Shown: positions 13,140 through 26,011 of the stretch, one piece after another
How positions within the stretch are numbered: the stretch's first letter is position 1
How the letters are laid out: each line of letters begins with the position of its first letter
Assembly: GCA_030390025.1 (NCBI GenBank)
Contig: CM059432.1
Coordinates: forward strand, 92,692,001 to 92,756,000
From: Squalus acanthias
Lineage: Eukaryota
Length of the DNA: 64,000 nt
Direction: 5' to 3'
Position numbers and translations under genes: made by a program
Notes under the pieces: generated by a model
Told to the model about the DNA's origin: nothing
Databases searched by the model: none
Seen by the model: the letters and a program-made list of their open reading frames with translations, nothing else

Positions 13140-13916
13140 AGCCTGAGAATAGGACAGCAAGGCTTACAGAACATGCAAGCAAGCTCATTCAGTGGGAGGG
13201 GTTAGAAAAGGAAGATGTTTGAATGTAATAGAAAGATAACCTAGGGAGTGTTTCACCAGCAGGTAAATACTTAGATCATACTCTAATCAGGAACTGATTA
13301 CTTTTACACAGTACAGAAAACAGTCAATTGCAGATTGAGGAAGAGAGCAAAAAAACTAAACAGAAATGGGGAGGGGAGAAAAAAACCAAAGTGCTATGAA
13401 TGAACAAAATCTACTTGCATCTATGAAGCCAAAAATAACAAATATAGAGAGTGTAGTCTTCAAAAATTATGGGAGCAAAATGTATTTTGCTCACGACAAG
13501 AACAGGGTGGGGGAGAGGAGGAACAGACACAGAAATTGAAAGTTATATTTGGGTAAGGTAAGCAACAATTTACTAAAGACCTTTTGTAGTAGCAAGTCAC
13601 AGCAACATTAATTTACAATGGTGTTACCTGTATCAGTACATTCTAAAGGTACTGCAGCACTTGTAAATGTTCCAAACTATCAGATAATCCAATTTGACTT
13701 AAGCAGCTAGTACATTTACAAAGGAATACTTGAGTATAGACTCAGAACTGTGAACTTGTCACTTACGAACAATTTCAAATCATAGTCAAACAGGAAAACA
13801 AGCTTGAAATATATTCATGGTAATGTAGATGCAAGATTCTATCTTTTGGAACAGTTTTAAGTAAAAATGCAGCAAAAATTCATTATTTCTACTCGAGAAA
13901 ATAGCTTGAGACTTAC

Positions 13917-14018
13917 CTAACATCTTCAAATTTTTTGGTAATGGCAGAACCAAAATTAGTAAATGCAGAGGAAGCCTTCTGACCAGCCTGAGAGAGGGTT
14001 TCAGATGTCTTCTTGAAT
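13917..14018 (-). CDS. TPD52: TPD52 exon encoding the D52 motif
   Basis: ttctacag|A TTC AAG...GTT AG|gtaagt, 102 nt, phase 2-2. It reads FKKTSETLSQAGQKASSAFTNFGSAITKKFEDV(R), the D52-family signature. Confidence 0.93.
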
Positions 14019-14409
14019 CTGTAGAATTTAAAATTAAAAAAAATATCTTGCCTAAAGCCATCACATTTAAACATAGCACAAAAAAGGTGATAGGAAAATG
14101 TGTGACAACTTTCAGATTGGTTCCACGCTTGTTTCTCTGTACAAGTACATCTCAATTATTTCCAAATCCTAGGTCTGCTTCCCTTCTTAGATCTTTCACA
14201 TTTTCTATGCATAATGTGCTGAATTTACATCATATCCTGCAACTCACCCAAGAGCAAAGCCATGGGAAATATATAATACTAGCCAATCTCCCATAGGATG
14301 CACACAGGGAGACAAGACTCAGTGTAGTCTTCAGGTGAAGTGGGTTAGAAGGCAAAAGATAACTGTACTAGCGTTCACAAAGGAACACGTCGCCATTTTT
14401 TATCATATA

Positions 14410-17400
14410 TTCAAGGAACATCGGAACAGGAGTAGGCCATTTAGCCCCTCAAGCCTGTTCCGCCATTCAATGAGATTATGGCAGACCTGCGACCTAACTC
14501 CATATACCCGGCTTTGCCCCATATCCCTTAATACTTTTGGTTAACAAAAATCTATCAATCTCAGATTTAAAATTAACCATTGATCTAGCATCAATTGCCA
14601 TTTGCAGAAGAGTTTTCCCAAACTTCTACCACCCTGATGTGTAGAAGTGTTTCCTGAATTTCACTCCTGAAAGGTCTGGCTCTAATTTTTAAGACTATGC
14701 CCCCTAGTCCAAGACTCCAAAACCAGTGGAAATAGTTTCTCTCTCTACCCTATCTGTTCCCCTTAGTACCTTGAAAACTTTGATCAAATCACCCCTTAAC
14801 CTTCTAAATTCCAGGGAATACAACCCTAATTTGTGTAATCTCTCCTTGTAATTTAACCCCTGGAGCCCAGGTATTATTTTGGTAAACCTACGCTGTACGC
14901 CCTCCAAAGCCAATATATCCTTCCTACGGTGAACTGCTCGCAGTACTCCAGGTGTGTTTTAGCCAGGGCTTTGTATAGCTGCAGCACAACTTCTACCCCC
15001 ATTGTATTGTAGTCCTCTAGATAAAGGCCAGCATTCCATTAGCTTTTTTGATTATTTTCTGTATCTGTTCATGACATTTTAATGATCTATGTACATGGAC
15101 CCCCAATGTTTTTAGCTTTTCACCATTTAGAAAGTACCCTGTTCTATCCTTTTTAGGTCCAAAGTGGATGACCTCACATTTGCCTACATGGAAATCCATT
15201 TGCCACAATTCTCCCATTCACTTAATCTATCAATATTTCTTTGTAATTTTATGCTTTCATCTACACTGCCTGCAATGCTGCCTATCTTTGTGTCATCAGC
15301 AAATTTGGATATGTGGCTTTCTATCCCATCATCTAAGTCATTAATAAATACAGTCAACAGTTGATGCCCCAACACAGATCCCTGCGGGACACCACTAGTC
15401 ACATCCTGCCAATCAGAGTACCTGCCCATTGTCCCTACACTCTGTCTCCTGCCGCTCAGCCAATTTCCTAACCAAGTCAATAATTTGCCTTCAACCTTAG
15501 TTAACAGTCTCTTATGAAGGACTTTATCAAATGCGTTCTGGAAGTCCATATAAATAACATCCATAGACATTCCCCTGTCCACTACTTTAGTCACCTCTTC
15601 AAAAAATTCAATCAGGTTCGTCAGGCATGACCTACCTTTTACAAATCCATGCTGGCTCACTCTGATCAACCTGAAAATTTTCAAGGTGTTCAGTCACCCT
15701 ATCCTTATAGACTCTTAGTAATTTCCCCAACAACAGATGCTAGGCTAACTGGTCTACAATTCCCTGGTTTCCCTCTCACCATTCTTAAATAGCGGAGTGT
15801 ATGCGCAATCTTCCAATCTGAAGGAACGGTTCCTGAATCGAGAAAAATTTGGAAGATTATACTGTAGTTAAGGCATCGGCAATGTGCTCACCTACTTCCT
15901 TTAAAACCCTGGGATGGAAACCATCTGGTCCTGCGGATGTCACTCTTTAGCGCCATTATTTTCTTCATTATTGTTATTTTGCTTACATTACTTTTGTTGC
16001 ATCCCTGTCCCCGATTCAGTATCAGTTTCCTTGGGATTTCCGGCATGCTATCCTCTCCCGCTACTGTAAATACGGACGCAAAGTACTTATTCAACATGTC
16101 TGCCATTTCCTCATCATTGACAATATCACCGTAATCAGTTTTCAAGGGGCCAACATTGCTCCTGACCACCCTCTTTCCTAAACTATAAAAATTGTGTGTT
16201 GATTTTGATATCCCTTGCAAGTTTCTTTTCATATTCCCTTTTTGTAGCTCTCTGTTTTGTCACCCTTCACTGTTCTTTGTACCATTCGCCAGGATCTGTG
16301 TTTTTTTGCATTTTTGTATGCTTTTTCTTTTAATTTTATATAGTCTCTTACCGCTTCAGTCGCCCATGGCTTTCTTTTGGCAAGCAGAGCTCTTGCCCCT
16401 TACGGGTATAAACTGGTCCTGTATCACCTTAAATTTTTTTTTTTTTTTAAAAAACATCTCCCACTGATCTTCTGTCGTTTTACCCATTAACAGATTTGCC
16501 CAGTTTACTGTGGACAGTCTCTGTCTCTTTGCATTGAAATCAGTCGTACCAAAATGTAGAATCTTAGTAACTGTTTCACGTTTCTCCCTTTCAAACACTA
16601 CGTTGAACTCGATCATGTTATGATCGCTATTAGATAATTGTTCACACACCATTAGGCTAGTAACTAAATCTGGCTCATTACTCATTACTAAATCTAATAT
16701 GGTATGCCCATTGTTGGTTCTAGGTCATATTGTTGCAGAAAACTATCCCGGACACACAAGAAATTCACTACCTTTCTGACATGTGCCAGTCTGCTTATCC
16801 CAATCTATATGAAAGTTAAAATACCCCATTTAAACCACTCTGCCTTTACTACATGCCCATCTAATCTCTGCATTTATACAATCTACCACTTCACAGCTAC
16901 TACCAGGGGGCCTATACACAATTCCCACTAGTCTCAAATCCTTTTCTATTTCTTAATTCTATCCATAAAGTCTCCACTGCCTGCTTACCTCTCATTATAT
17001 CACTATTTCCTCGGGTAGAGGCAGCTGTTACAAGGGGGCATAACTATAAGGTGCATGGGGGGAGATATAGAAGGGATGTCCGAGGTAGATTCTTTACTCA
17101 GAGAGTGGTTGGGGTGTGGAATGGACTGCCTGCTGTGATAGTGGAGTCGGACACTTTAGGAACTTTCAAGCGGTTATTGGATAAGCACATGGAGCACACC
17201 AGAGTGATAGGGAGTGTGATAGCTTGATCTTGGTCTCGGACAATGCTCGGCACAACATCGAGGGCCGAAGGGCCTGTACTGTGCTGTACTGTTCTATGTT
17301 CTATATCCTCTCTTCTCACTGAAGTAATTTTATCCTTAATCACGAAGGCTACTCCTCCCCCTCTACCATTTTCCCTATCTTTCCTGTAGACCTTATAACG

Positions 17401-17495
17401 TGGTATATTTGGTTCCCAGTCCTGACTATCTTGCAGCCATGTCTCAGTAATGGCTACCATGTCATACCCTCCAAGTTGAATTTACGCCTGCAGTT
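14410..17495 (-). mobile_element. CR1-clade LINE ORF2, decayed, interrupted by another CR1 3' end
   Basis: Minus-strand fragments [40 protein letters not shown] and RRLRGDLI. Confidence 0.9.
17002..17301 (+). mobile_element. 5'-truncated CR1 3' end nested in a CR1
   Basis: FFTQRVVGVWNGLP motif, tail gttctatgttc, and apparent TSD TATATC on both sides. Confidence 0.8.
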
Positions 17496-18856
17496 CATAA
17501 AATGTTGGTGTCCAGAGAGAGTTTGGTGTCCTTGTACAGGAAACACAGCGAGTTAGCATGCAAGTACAGCAAGCAATTAGGAGGGCAAATGACATGTTGG
17601 CCTTTATTGCAAAGGGGGTTGGAGTACAAGAGTAAAGAAGTCTTCCTACAATTGTACAGGGCTTTGGTGAAACCACATCTGGAGTACTGTGCACAGTTTT
17701 GGTCTCCTTATCTGAGGAAAAATGTGCTTGCCTTAGAGGCAGTGCAATGAAGGTTTACTAGATTGATCCCTGGGATGAAAGGGTTGTCCTATGAGGAGAG
17801 ATTGAGTAGATTGGACCTATGGACTGGATTTTCATTGACCTGTGGAGGTGGGTTTGGAGGCGTGTGGGGGGTTAAAATTGCAAAAACTGGCGGGCGGGCA
17901 CAAGTCTGCCTCCATACAATTTTCATTAAATCGTGTCTGCTGGTCCCGACTGCGTCCCGCCTCAAGAGGCGGGATAGGCTGTTAAGGCCCTTAACGAGCA
18001 CTAAATTGCCTCTATAATGCCATTTTGAAAGGCCTTTGTGATTTTAACCATTGTTCTACGTGAAGCACGCCTGTTCTGAACCACGACTGTGAAACCTGGC
18101 GGGAGCACATTTGGATAGCTGACTATCAGTGGCTGGGCTGACTATCAGAGTGAGTGAGTGGCTGGCAGGCATCTGGGAGTGGTGGAGGAGACATATCTGG
18201 GAGTGCTGGTGCAAAAAAAAATTCTCTCTCTCTCTCTCTGACCTGCAATGCAGCAACAATGACGACATCATCAGAGGCGACTTTCAGACTGAAACCACTA
18301 ATTGGTTCATGGGTTCCCACATGCTGCAACTCAATTGCCCAATTAGGTGAAAATTGCATCAATCTCCCACATCCAATTGCAGTCGGGTGGATAACACGAA
18401 ATGCGGATCACACGACCCCAACCCGCCCCAGTATCAAAATCCAGCCCATAGTGTCTGGAGTTTAGAATGAGAGGTGATCGCATTGAAACATACAAGATTC
18501 TGAGGCAGATTCAAAGGATAGATGCCGAGAGGTTATTTCCCCTGGCTGGAGAGTCTAAAACTAGGGCATAGTTTCAGGATAAGGGGTCAGCAATTTAAGA
18601 CTGAGATGAGGAATTTCTTTACTCAGAGGGTTGTGAATCTTTGCAATTCTCTACCTCAAAGGGCTTTGGATGCTGAATCGTTGAGTATATTCAAGGCTCA
18701 GTTAGATAGATTTTTGGACTTCAGGGGTATCAAAGGATATGGGGATCGTGTGGGAAAGTCGAGTTGAGATCAAAGATCAGCCATGATCTTATTGAATGGC
18801 GCAGCAGGCTCAAGGGGCCGTATAGCCTACTCCTGCTCCTAATTCTTATGTTCTTA
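17496..18856 (+). mobile_element. CR1 3' fragment interrupted by a MITE
   Basis: LYRALVKPHLEYCAQFWSP and FFTQRVVNL motifs, tail tcttatgttctta. Same family as 8450-11215. Confidence 0.88.
17821..18447. mobile_element. Harbinger-type non-autonomous element (MITE)
   Basis: TIRs GGACTGGATTTT / AAAATCCAGCCC. Subterminal sequence resembles the ends of the large Harbingers. It splits the CR1 at GL|YSLEF. Confidence 0.75.
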
Positions 18857-20200
18857 GCACACCCACCATGCCTGAGTATTACTTTTAACCTATAAAACTG
18901 TAAAAGCATGTATATTTACCATTATACTTGCCTTTCATTCCTCCCAAATGCTAAGTGGTACAGCTGCATTGCCAAGCTCCATCTCCCAAAATTTTAATTG
19001 ATGTGGGCAAGGAGAAACTTTTAATACTTTAATTCATAAATGAAGCAGTGGGGTTGGAATCTGGTTGATACATATTTTGCAAGTGCCCTGACCTGCTGTG
19101 TTCTCATGTGACAGGCAGGCCAGAGTTCAGTCAGGAGCAGTGAACATAGGAAACGGGAGGGAGACGTAACAGAGCTTACCTAGTGGTGTAAGGCTTGCCA
19201 TTACAGCATGACAGCCAAATGCTAAAATAGGGCTTTTTCATTATAAATGCTAAAGGTATTTTAAAAAGACAAAAGTAAACAACCAGCCAGTCAACTCAAA
19301 ATAAGCTTACTGCAATGCCGCCACCATCTTCAGCTATTGGACAGCCCTGGATAATGACACTCCCTCATCTTGGCCTCTCAACCCTCATTCTCAAGCTATG
19401 AGCTCAGACTATATTTCAAGAGGAAACGGAGTGGGGAGAAAATAGCCCTTCCTTGGCACCATGGTTCAGCCTTGCTTACCAGTTTGGAATTACTTGATTT
19501 TTTTTTTAAAAATTGGTTCTCAGTAAAGACATTGCCCATCTGTAGTTGTCTTGAGAAGGTGGTGGTGGGCTGCCTTTTTGAAATAGCAATTGTTTGCATA
19601 ACCAAGTTGCTGGTTAGGTTACTTCACAAGGCATTAGATTCCCAAACATTAAGGGCATTAGTGAATCATTTTGGTTTTTAAATGATCTGACAAGTTTTAT
19701 AGTCAGATTTATTGAATTCAATTTCACAACTTGCCATGGTAGGATCTGAATTCATGACCAGAGCTCCTAGTCCAGTACCATAACTATAATGCTGTACTAA
19801 CTTTTAGTCTGTCATTTCAGAGTTTCTCAATTTCCTCTCCTCCTGCCATTATCCTAACCTCAAGCAACTTAAAAAAAAAACTTGGTACTTTGTATAATGT
19901 CATACTATTTCAAGCATGGCACCCAAGACCATCTGTTCTGTTCCCACATACAACGCAGCACAGCCTCTCTTGTATTAGATTGGTACTGCATAGAATAGGG
20001 TAGAATAACATGATTCTTCTATGCTCTGGCTCTTAATCATGACTGAGTGGAACAGGAAAAAAAACTGCTTTATGATTGCAATGAAATAGGAGCTCGCAAA
20101 ACCCATTGGTTGCAGATACCTTCTCCCTAGTATGGTGAGCAGATGCAGAAAAGGACTTAGTGGCACCCACATTTTTGGGCACTCTTCAAAAAAAAAGTCT

Positions 20201-20283
20201 GACTTAACCTGTGGAAGACTATGCACATAACAAACTTTGACAAATTCTGCTTAAGTTCACGTAGTGGAGCTAATCATAACTTT
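20201..20283 (-). pseudogene. Decayed tandem copy of the 3' half of the TPD52 coiled-coil exon
   Basis: tttgacaaattctgcttaagttcacgtagtggagctaatc aligns with exon sequence tttgacaaattctgtttaagttcatgtagtggagtcaatc. It translates KL*LAPLRELKQNLSK, and the aligned donor GTAAGT has become TTAAGT. Confidence 0.8.
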
Positions 20284-20650
20284 TAAATAATGGAGTCCTA
20301 GGGAAATCCAATTGCAAAATGTACCGACAAACTTTCTAAAGAGTAATTTCATGTAAATAATCATTTTAGTGTGGTGACATAATACCAACTTCTGAGGAGG
20401 GGAAGAGGGGAGAAACCTCAAGTATAATGCAAAACATGGGTCAGTATGAGCTTAAAAGCCAATATTTATCCCAGGTAGTTTTCTCTTAGATTCAAATGTT
20501 AATGAATTAATTTTTTTCTAGAGTTTGAACAAAAGGATACTAGTCCATTTTATAACTACAGGTCTACCTTACACTAAAGACAATAAATGTAATTTCTGTA
20601 CATTTATTCAATTTGTGGTTCTATTGCTCATTGCTGTACTATGCACTTAC

Positions 20651-20798
20651 GCTATGGAAGATTGTACATCTAACCAGCTTTTTGACAAATTCTGTTTAAG
20701 TTCATGTAGTGGAGTCAATCCAGCTTCTTCTTTAACTCAGCAACATGTCTTTCTTTAGCTGCAAGCACTTGAGAAAGTGTTTGGATTTCCTCCTCCAC
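20651..20798 (-). CDS. TPD52: TPD52 coiled-coil exon, with an apparent 1-nt deletion
   Basis: ttttatcttag|GTGGAGGAG...TCCATAGC|gtaagt. It reads VEEEIQTLSQVLAAKERHVAELKKKL, then [G]LTPLHELKQNLSKSWLDVQSSIA in the shifted frame. Length is 148 nt where 149 is needed to join the phase-2 next exon. Confidence 0.9.
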
Positions 20799-21754
20799 CT
20801 AAGATAAAACAAGAGGTGAGAGCTCAACACAGCACAGTAACACAAATAAAGATAAAAGTTAATAAATCAATTTTGCTGCTACTTCCTCCTCTTACTTTTT
20901 TTTTAAACTTATCTTTTAGAGCTCCCCCCATATAGAAAATAATAAGGAAGGGAAGAGAATTCCACTCCCAATTACTATCCAGTGACTCAAGTACCACCTA
21001 ACGAAGTAGGATTTAAAATGTGGGGTCGGGAGGAGTACCGCTGCTCCTCCTGGTACCACATTCAGGTTAGTAAATGTAAAAGAAAACCCTTAAGCTTGTA
21101 GGTTGCATCTGATCCCAATGTTTGGTTTCCACAATGGCGCAGGCCGTCTCCGGGCAAAAAAAAAATCTTGCAGTGGGGACCTCAAACATCTTCGTGTGTG
21201 GGTAAAGGACACCTATTTTCTTTTCCCAATATGGTGGGTGGAGCATTTCCGACCGATAACGTGCGTGCGCTTCCTGCCGGACACATTGGGGGCTTAGTAG
21301 ATCAGTTAGTGAAGAATGGGTGCTGTGTGGCCTGATTTATAGGCCATTGTTCTTAACTTAACTCTTTACTCACCTTTCAATGTGTGGCACTATTGGTATT
21401 TAAGAGATGTATATCTCTGCTGCTGGACAGTGTGCCCTCCAACTGGTGAGCAATGCCATGGGAGATCCATTAGTTTTAAAAGAAATCTTTGAACATACAA
21501 TTGGACCTTTATCATGCAAAAGTTGAGTCCACGTATTGGTTGTGGTTAGGGCATTTGCCCAACGCAGTCTATTCCTAATTCAAAGTTACTTAAATCAAAT
21601 TATCTAATAATTCAGATTTTAAGCACTAGATTTCTACTTTGTTACGTTCGTTATATTGCTTAAATCAAATTAGAGCTTTATTTTGCACTAAAAATGACAC
21701 ATTCAAAAGTCAAAAGCATTCAGATGATCCAAAACCTGAATCTTTATATGCATC

Positions 21755-22123
21755 ATACAGATGTAGAGGTTATTTCCCCTATCTAGAGAGTCTAGAACTA
21801 GGGGGCATAGTCTCAGGATAAGGGGTCGGCCATTTAACATTGAGATGAGGAGAAATTTCTTCACTCAGAGGGATGTGAATCTTTGGAATTCTCTACCCCA
21901 AAGGGCTGTGGATGCCGAGTCATTGAGTATATTCAAGGCGGAGAGATTTTTGGACTCTAGGGTAATGAAGGGATATGGGGATCCCGGGGTTGGGGGGGGG
22001 AAGGCGGGAGATAGAGTGGGGTTGGGGTCAAAGGTCAGCCATGATCTTATTGAATGGTGGAGCAGGCTCGAAGGGCCATATGGCCTACTCCTGCTCCTAA
22101 TTTTTATGTTATATTATGTTCTT
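21755..22123 (+). mobile_element. CR1 3' fragment
   Basis: MRRNFFTQRDVNLWNSLPQRAV plus the conserved 3' UTR. Confidence 0.85.
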
Positions 22124-22589
22124 ATCATGCCAAAGATATAAATGTCTAGGATTAGCAATCAAACATTCATGCTGTCAAAGCAAAGTCTACCAAGTTATTT
22201 ACAAGGGCAATGCTAGCAAAGCCACCTATTTTATTTGTAAATTGCCCAGGCTTGGCTCCAGCCACTGAGCGCTTTCTCCTGGATTTCCCACTGGCCTCAA
22301 TTCTGTTAAGTCTCCTTGACACCATACTCCGTCAAATACTGTCTTGACATTGAAGGCAACTATTCAACTCTGGCATTTAGCTCGGGTCCGTGTCTGGATC
22401 AAGAATGTGACAAGGTTTGGAGTCAAGTAGTTCTGGTAAAATCCAATGAACGTTAATTAGCAGGTGATGAGGTGGTGTCATTTGGTGACATTACTGATGA
22501 CTCCTTCCATAACTTTACTGCTAACTGGGAGGATGAAGGAGGTTAGATTTGTCTGTGCTTGCTGACCTACATTGGCTCACGGTTAAGCA

Positions 22590-22980
22590 ATGCCGGTTAA
22601 GCAACGCCTTGATTTTTAAATTCTCATCCTGGTTTTCAAATCCCTCCATGGCCTCGCCCCTCCCCATCTCGAACCTCCTCCAGCCCTGCAACCCTTGAAT
22701 TCTGGCCTCTTGCACATCCCCGATTTTAATCGCTCCACCATTGGCGGACATGCCTTCAACTTCATGCCTTCCAAGGCCCTAAGCTCTGGAATTCCCTCCC
22801 TAAACCTCTCCACCTCTCTTTCCTCCTTTAAGACATCCCTTAAAACCTACCTCTTAGGCCCTGTTCTAATATCTTCTGATGTGGCTTGGTGTTAAATTTT
22901 GTTTGATAACGTTCCTGTGAAGCGCCTTGGGACTTTTTAACGACGTTAAAAAGGTGCTATATAAATGCAAGTTGCTGTTT
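22590..22980 (+). mobile_element. L2-clade LINE 3' end
   Basis: FKILILVFKSLHGLAP-like coding remnant and tail gtgaagcgccttgggac...gctatataaatgcaagttgctgtt. The same tail recurs at ~49900-49962. Confidence 0.65.
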
Positions 22981-22984
22981 GTGG

Positions 22985-24045
22985 AAAATTGCCCAGGTAT
23001 GTCCTGTCTACATTGTCGGATAGATGCCAGCGTCATAGCTGCACTGGAACGTTGTCAGGATCCATAGCTTTCACTGTGCCCAATGTGCTCAGCCACCTGT
23101 TGTTCCATCCAAGGAACCAAAGTGGCTGGACACTGGCATCCATGATGGTGGGGACCTCAGGAGAGAGCAGAGTGGGATTCAGTTAGCACTTCTGACTGAA
23201 AACATTTGCAAACAGTCCAGCCTCACCTCCTATACTCATGTGCTGGGCTCTTCCACAGTTGAGAACTGTTAGTTGCTTGACTGTCCACCTCCATTGTTGA
23301 TTGGGATGTGGTAGGGCGGCAGAGCTTTGCTCAGATTTGTTGGTTGCTGGATCACTGAGCTCGGTCTATAGATTTCTGTTTTCTTTGTTTAGCATGGAGT
23401 TGTAGCTTCACTAGGTTGGTTCGTCATTCAAGGCAAGACTTCTGCTGTTCCTGGCACACCCCTCTATACTCCACACTGAACCAGAGTTTTTCTCCTGGTA
23501 TTGATGGTGATAGATATGCCAAGTTATAAAGTTGGATTACTGTGGTATACAATTGCGCTGCTCCCTTCATCACCTGACAGGCCTAGTTTGGCAGCTGTAT
23601 CCTTTGGGTCTCAGCCAGCAATGGTACTACTGAGCCATATTTAAGTTCACCACCCAGAGTGTGTTCTGTGTCCTTGGTTCCCTGAAGTGGTGTTCAACAT
23701 GGAAGAATACTGATTAGCACTAGGTGATCATCAGCAGGAAGTTTCCTTGGCTTTGTTTGACTTCATGGGGTCCAAGGGTACATGTTGAAGAATCACAGGG
23801 CCAATCCCATCTAACCATATATCACTGTACCCCCTCTGGTAGGTCTATTCTGCTAGTGGGACAGGACATACCCAGAAATAGTTATGGAGGGTCTACAATG
23901 TTGGCTGATAGATAGGATTAAGAGAATGACAGTCAGGGGGGTGCTTGACTCATACATGGGACAGCCACCCAACTTGGTCACTAGATCCAGATGTTAATAA
24001 GGATTTTGCATGGTTGGGAATGTCAGAGCTTTGTCCTGACCCAAT
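22985..24045 (-). mobile_element. Old, heavily decayed LINE (endonuclease region), probable host of Harbinger 1
   Basis: Weak APE-like remnants on the minus strand; it appears to continue at 31730-31805. Confidence 0.35.
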
Positions 24046-24568
24046 GGCCGGATTTTTCCCATTGCCGTGCGTGCGGGTTTGGAGGCGGGTTGGTAGTAAA
24101 AGTCACAGAAAATGGGAGCACGCCACCATCCCGCTTTTAACTCTGGCACGTTTGCCAGCATGCCACCGACCCAAACGACAGAGGCAGGCAACCTAATTAA
24201 TCTCATTAAAACCTTGTTGAGACCCTGAACAGGAATTTTAAGCAGACTTTTTGAATTTCACTGGATGACCACGGGAATCACGCAGCTCGGGAACCATGTC
24301 TGTCAACCTGAGGCGGAAGCTCAGTGGCCACTGAGTGAGGTCATTAATGTACAGCATGGAAATCCCAATAAATACTCCCACGAGACCTCATTACTTGCCG
24401 AAGAGAAAGGCTCTTGCAGACTCCATTTTGAGTACAGATATAGGTGTCTAGAGTTCGCAAGTCTTTTCTGCAACCTCGGAAGTCACACTCAACACACTGC
24501 TACTAACTATCACAATATTGACAGATTGCTCCTCTGATCTCTACTTGACCTGCCATTTATTATATCAT

Positions 24569-25741
24569 CATGGGTGCAGTCTATACTGTCTCACCATGGT
24601 CTGTCGAATCAGACTAGGATGAGCCCCAACACCAGCAGCAGCAACAACCTTCTCCTCAACGACCTGATGCTCCGCAAGACAGAGGGTATCAGTGTGGGGC
24701 TACACCGCGCCGGAGGCGATACCCACAACACAGGGTATCCAGGCAGAGGATGAGCTTCCTCAACATGGCTGAGCAGCAGTGCCAAAGGAAGTTCAGGCTA
24801 TCACGCCAGGTCATCGCAGACATTTGCAGCTTGTTGGAGCAAGACCTGCAGTCCAGAGGAGCTGGTGGACACGCCTTGCCAGTGGCTGTCAAAGTCACCA
24901 GCGCCTGCAACTTCTTAGCCTCAGGTTTGTTCCAGGGATCTGCAGCAGACATTTGCAGCATCTCGCAGTCGGCCGCCCACAGATGCATCACAAAGGTTAC
25001 CGATGCCCTGGTTGACAAGTCAATCAATTGTGAACTTTGCCACTTATGAAGCCAGTGTTACTGAGTGGGCGCTCAGCTTTGCCGCTCTGGCTGGCTTCCC
25101 ACAGATGCAGGGCATCATCGACTGCACACTTGTGGCCATCAAGGCACCCCCACATCACCCAGGAATGTTTGTGAACTGCAAGGGCTTCCACTCCCTCAAT
25201 ATACAGTTGGTCTGCAACCATAGGAAGATCATGCATGTGTGCGCCAAATTCCCTGGCAGCTGTCATGACTCATTCATCCTGCGCCAGTCCACCCTCCCTC
25301 AGCTCTTCGCACCGCCAAACACACTTACCGGCTGGCTGCTTGGAGAAAAGGGTTATCCACTGAAGACGTGGCTCATGACACCCTTGAGGAGGCCAAGCAA
25401 TGAGGCTCAAGAGCGTTATAATGAAAGCCATATTTCCACCAGATGGATCATAGAGCAAATAGGCATGCTGAAGATGCGCTTCAGATGCCTTGAAAAGCCC
25501 TTCAGTATGTACCAGCCAGGGTCTCCAGAATTGTCGCCGTCTGCTGCGCGCTGCACAACATAGCGCAGCAACGAGGATTACAGCTGCATGAGGAGCAAGG
25601 CACAGAGCGCAAACCCTCTTCAGAGGAGGAAGAGCATCAGCTGGAAGATGAGGAGGAACCTGAAGTCCAGATGCCAGCAGCATTGGAGCACACTGCTGCC
25701 TGGGAGGCTAGGGATAACCTCATCATGGCCAGATTTAGTTA
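24569..25741 (+). pseudogene. Harbinger DDE transposase (HARBI1-like), frameshifted
   Basis: [67 protein letters not shown] (catalytic D changed to E), [13 protein letters not shown]. Confidence 0.9.
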
Positions 25742-26011
25742 ATTTCCAACAATACATCCATATGGCTGCCAAATGCTGTGTCAGGTTTCCACCAACACCA
25801 TAAAGCATCCCTACAATCACCAAGCCATTCCTCTCAGTGACCCCCATTGCTGGAGGTAACGTTATGTCTCACCAGTCACTCCAACTTACGAAGCCACTTC
25901 CAAAGTAGCAGACAAAAATGGGCATGGGCATCAGCGGAAAGTGGTGAAAATAAATAGTTTGAGGTGTCATAACATAACACTTCTTTAAACACCCACGTGC
26001 ATCTACTTCGG

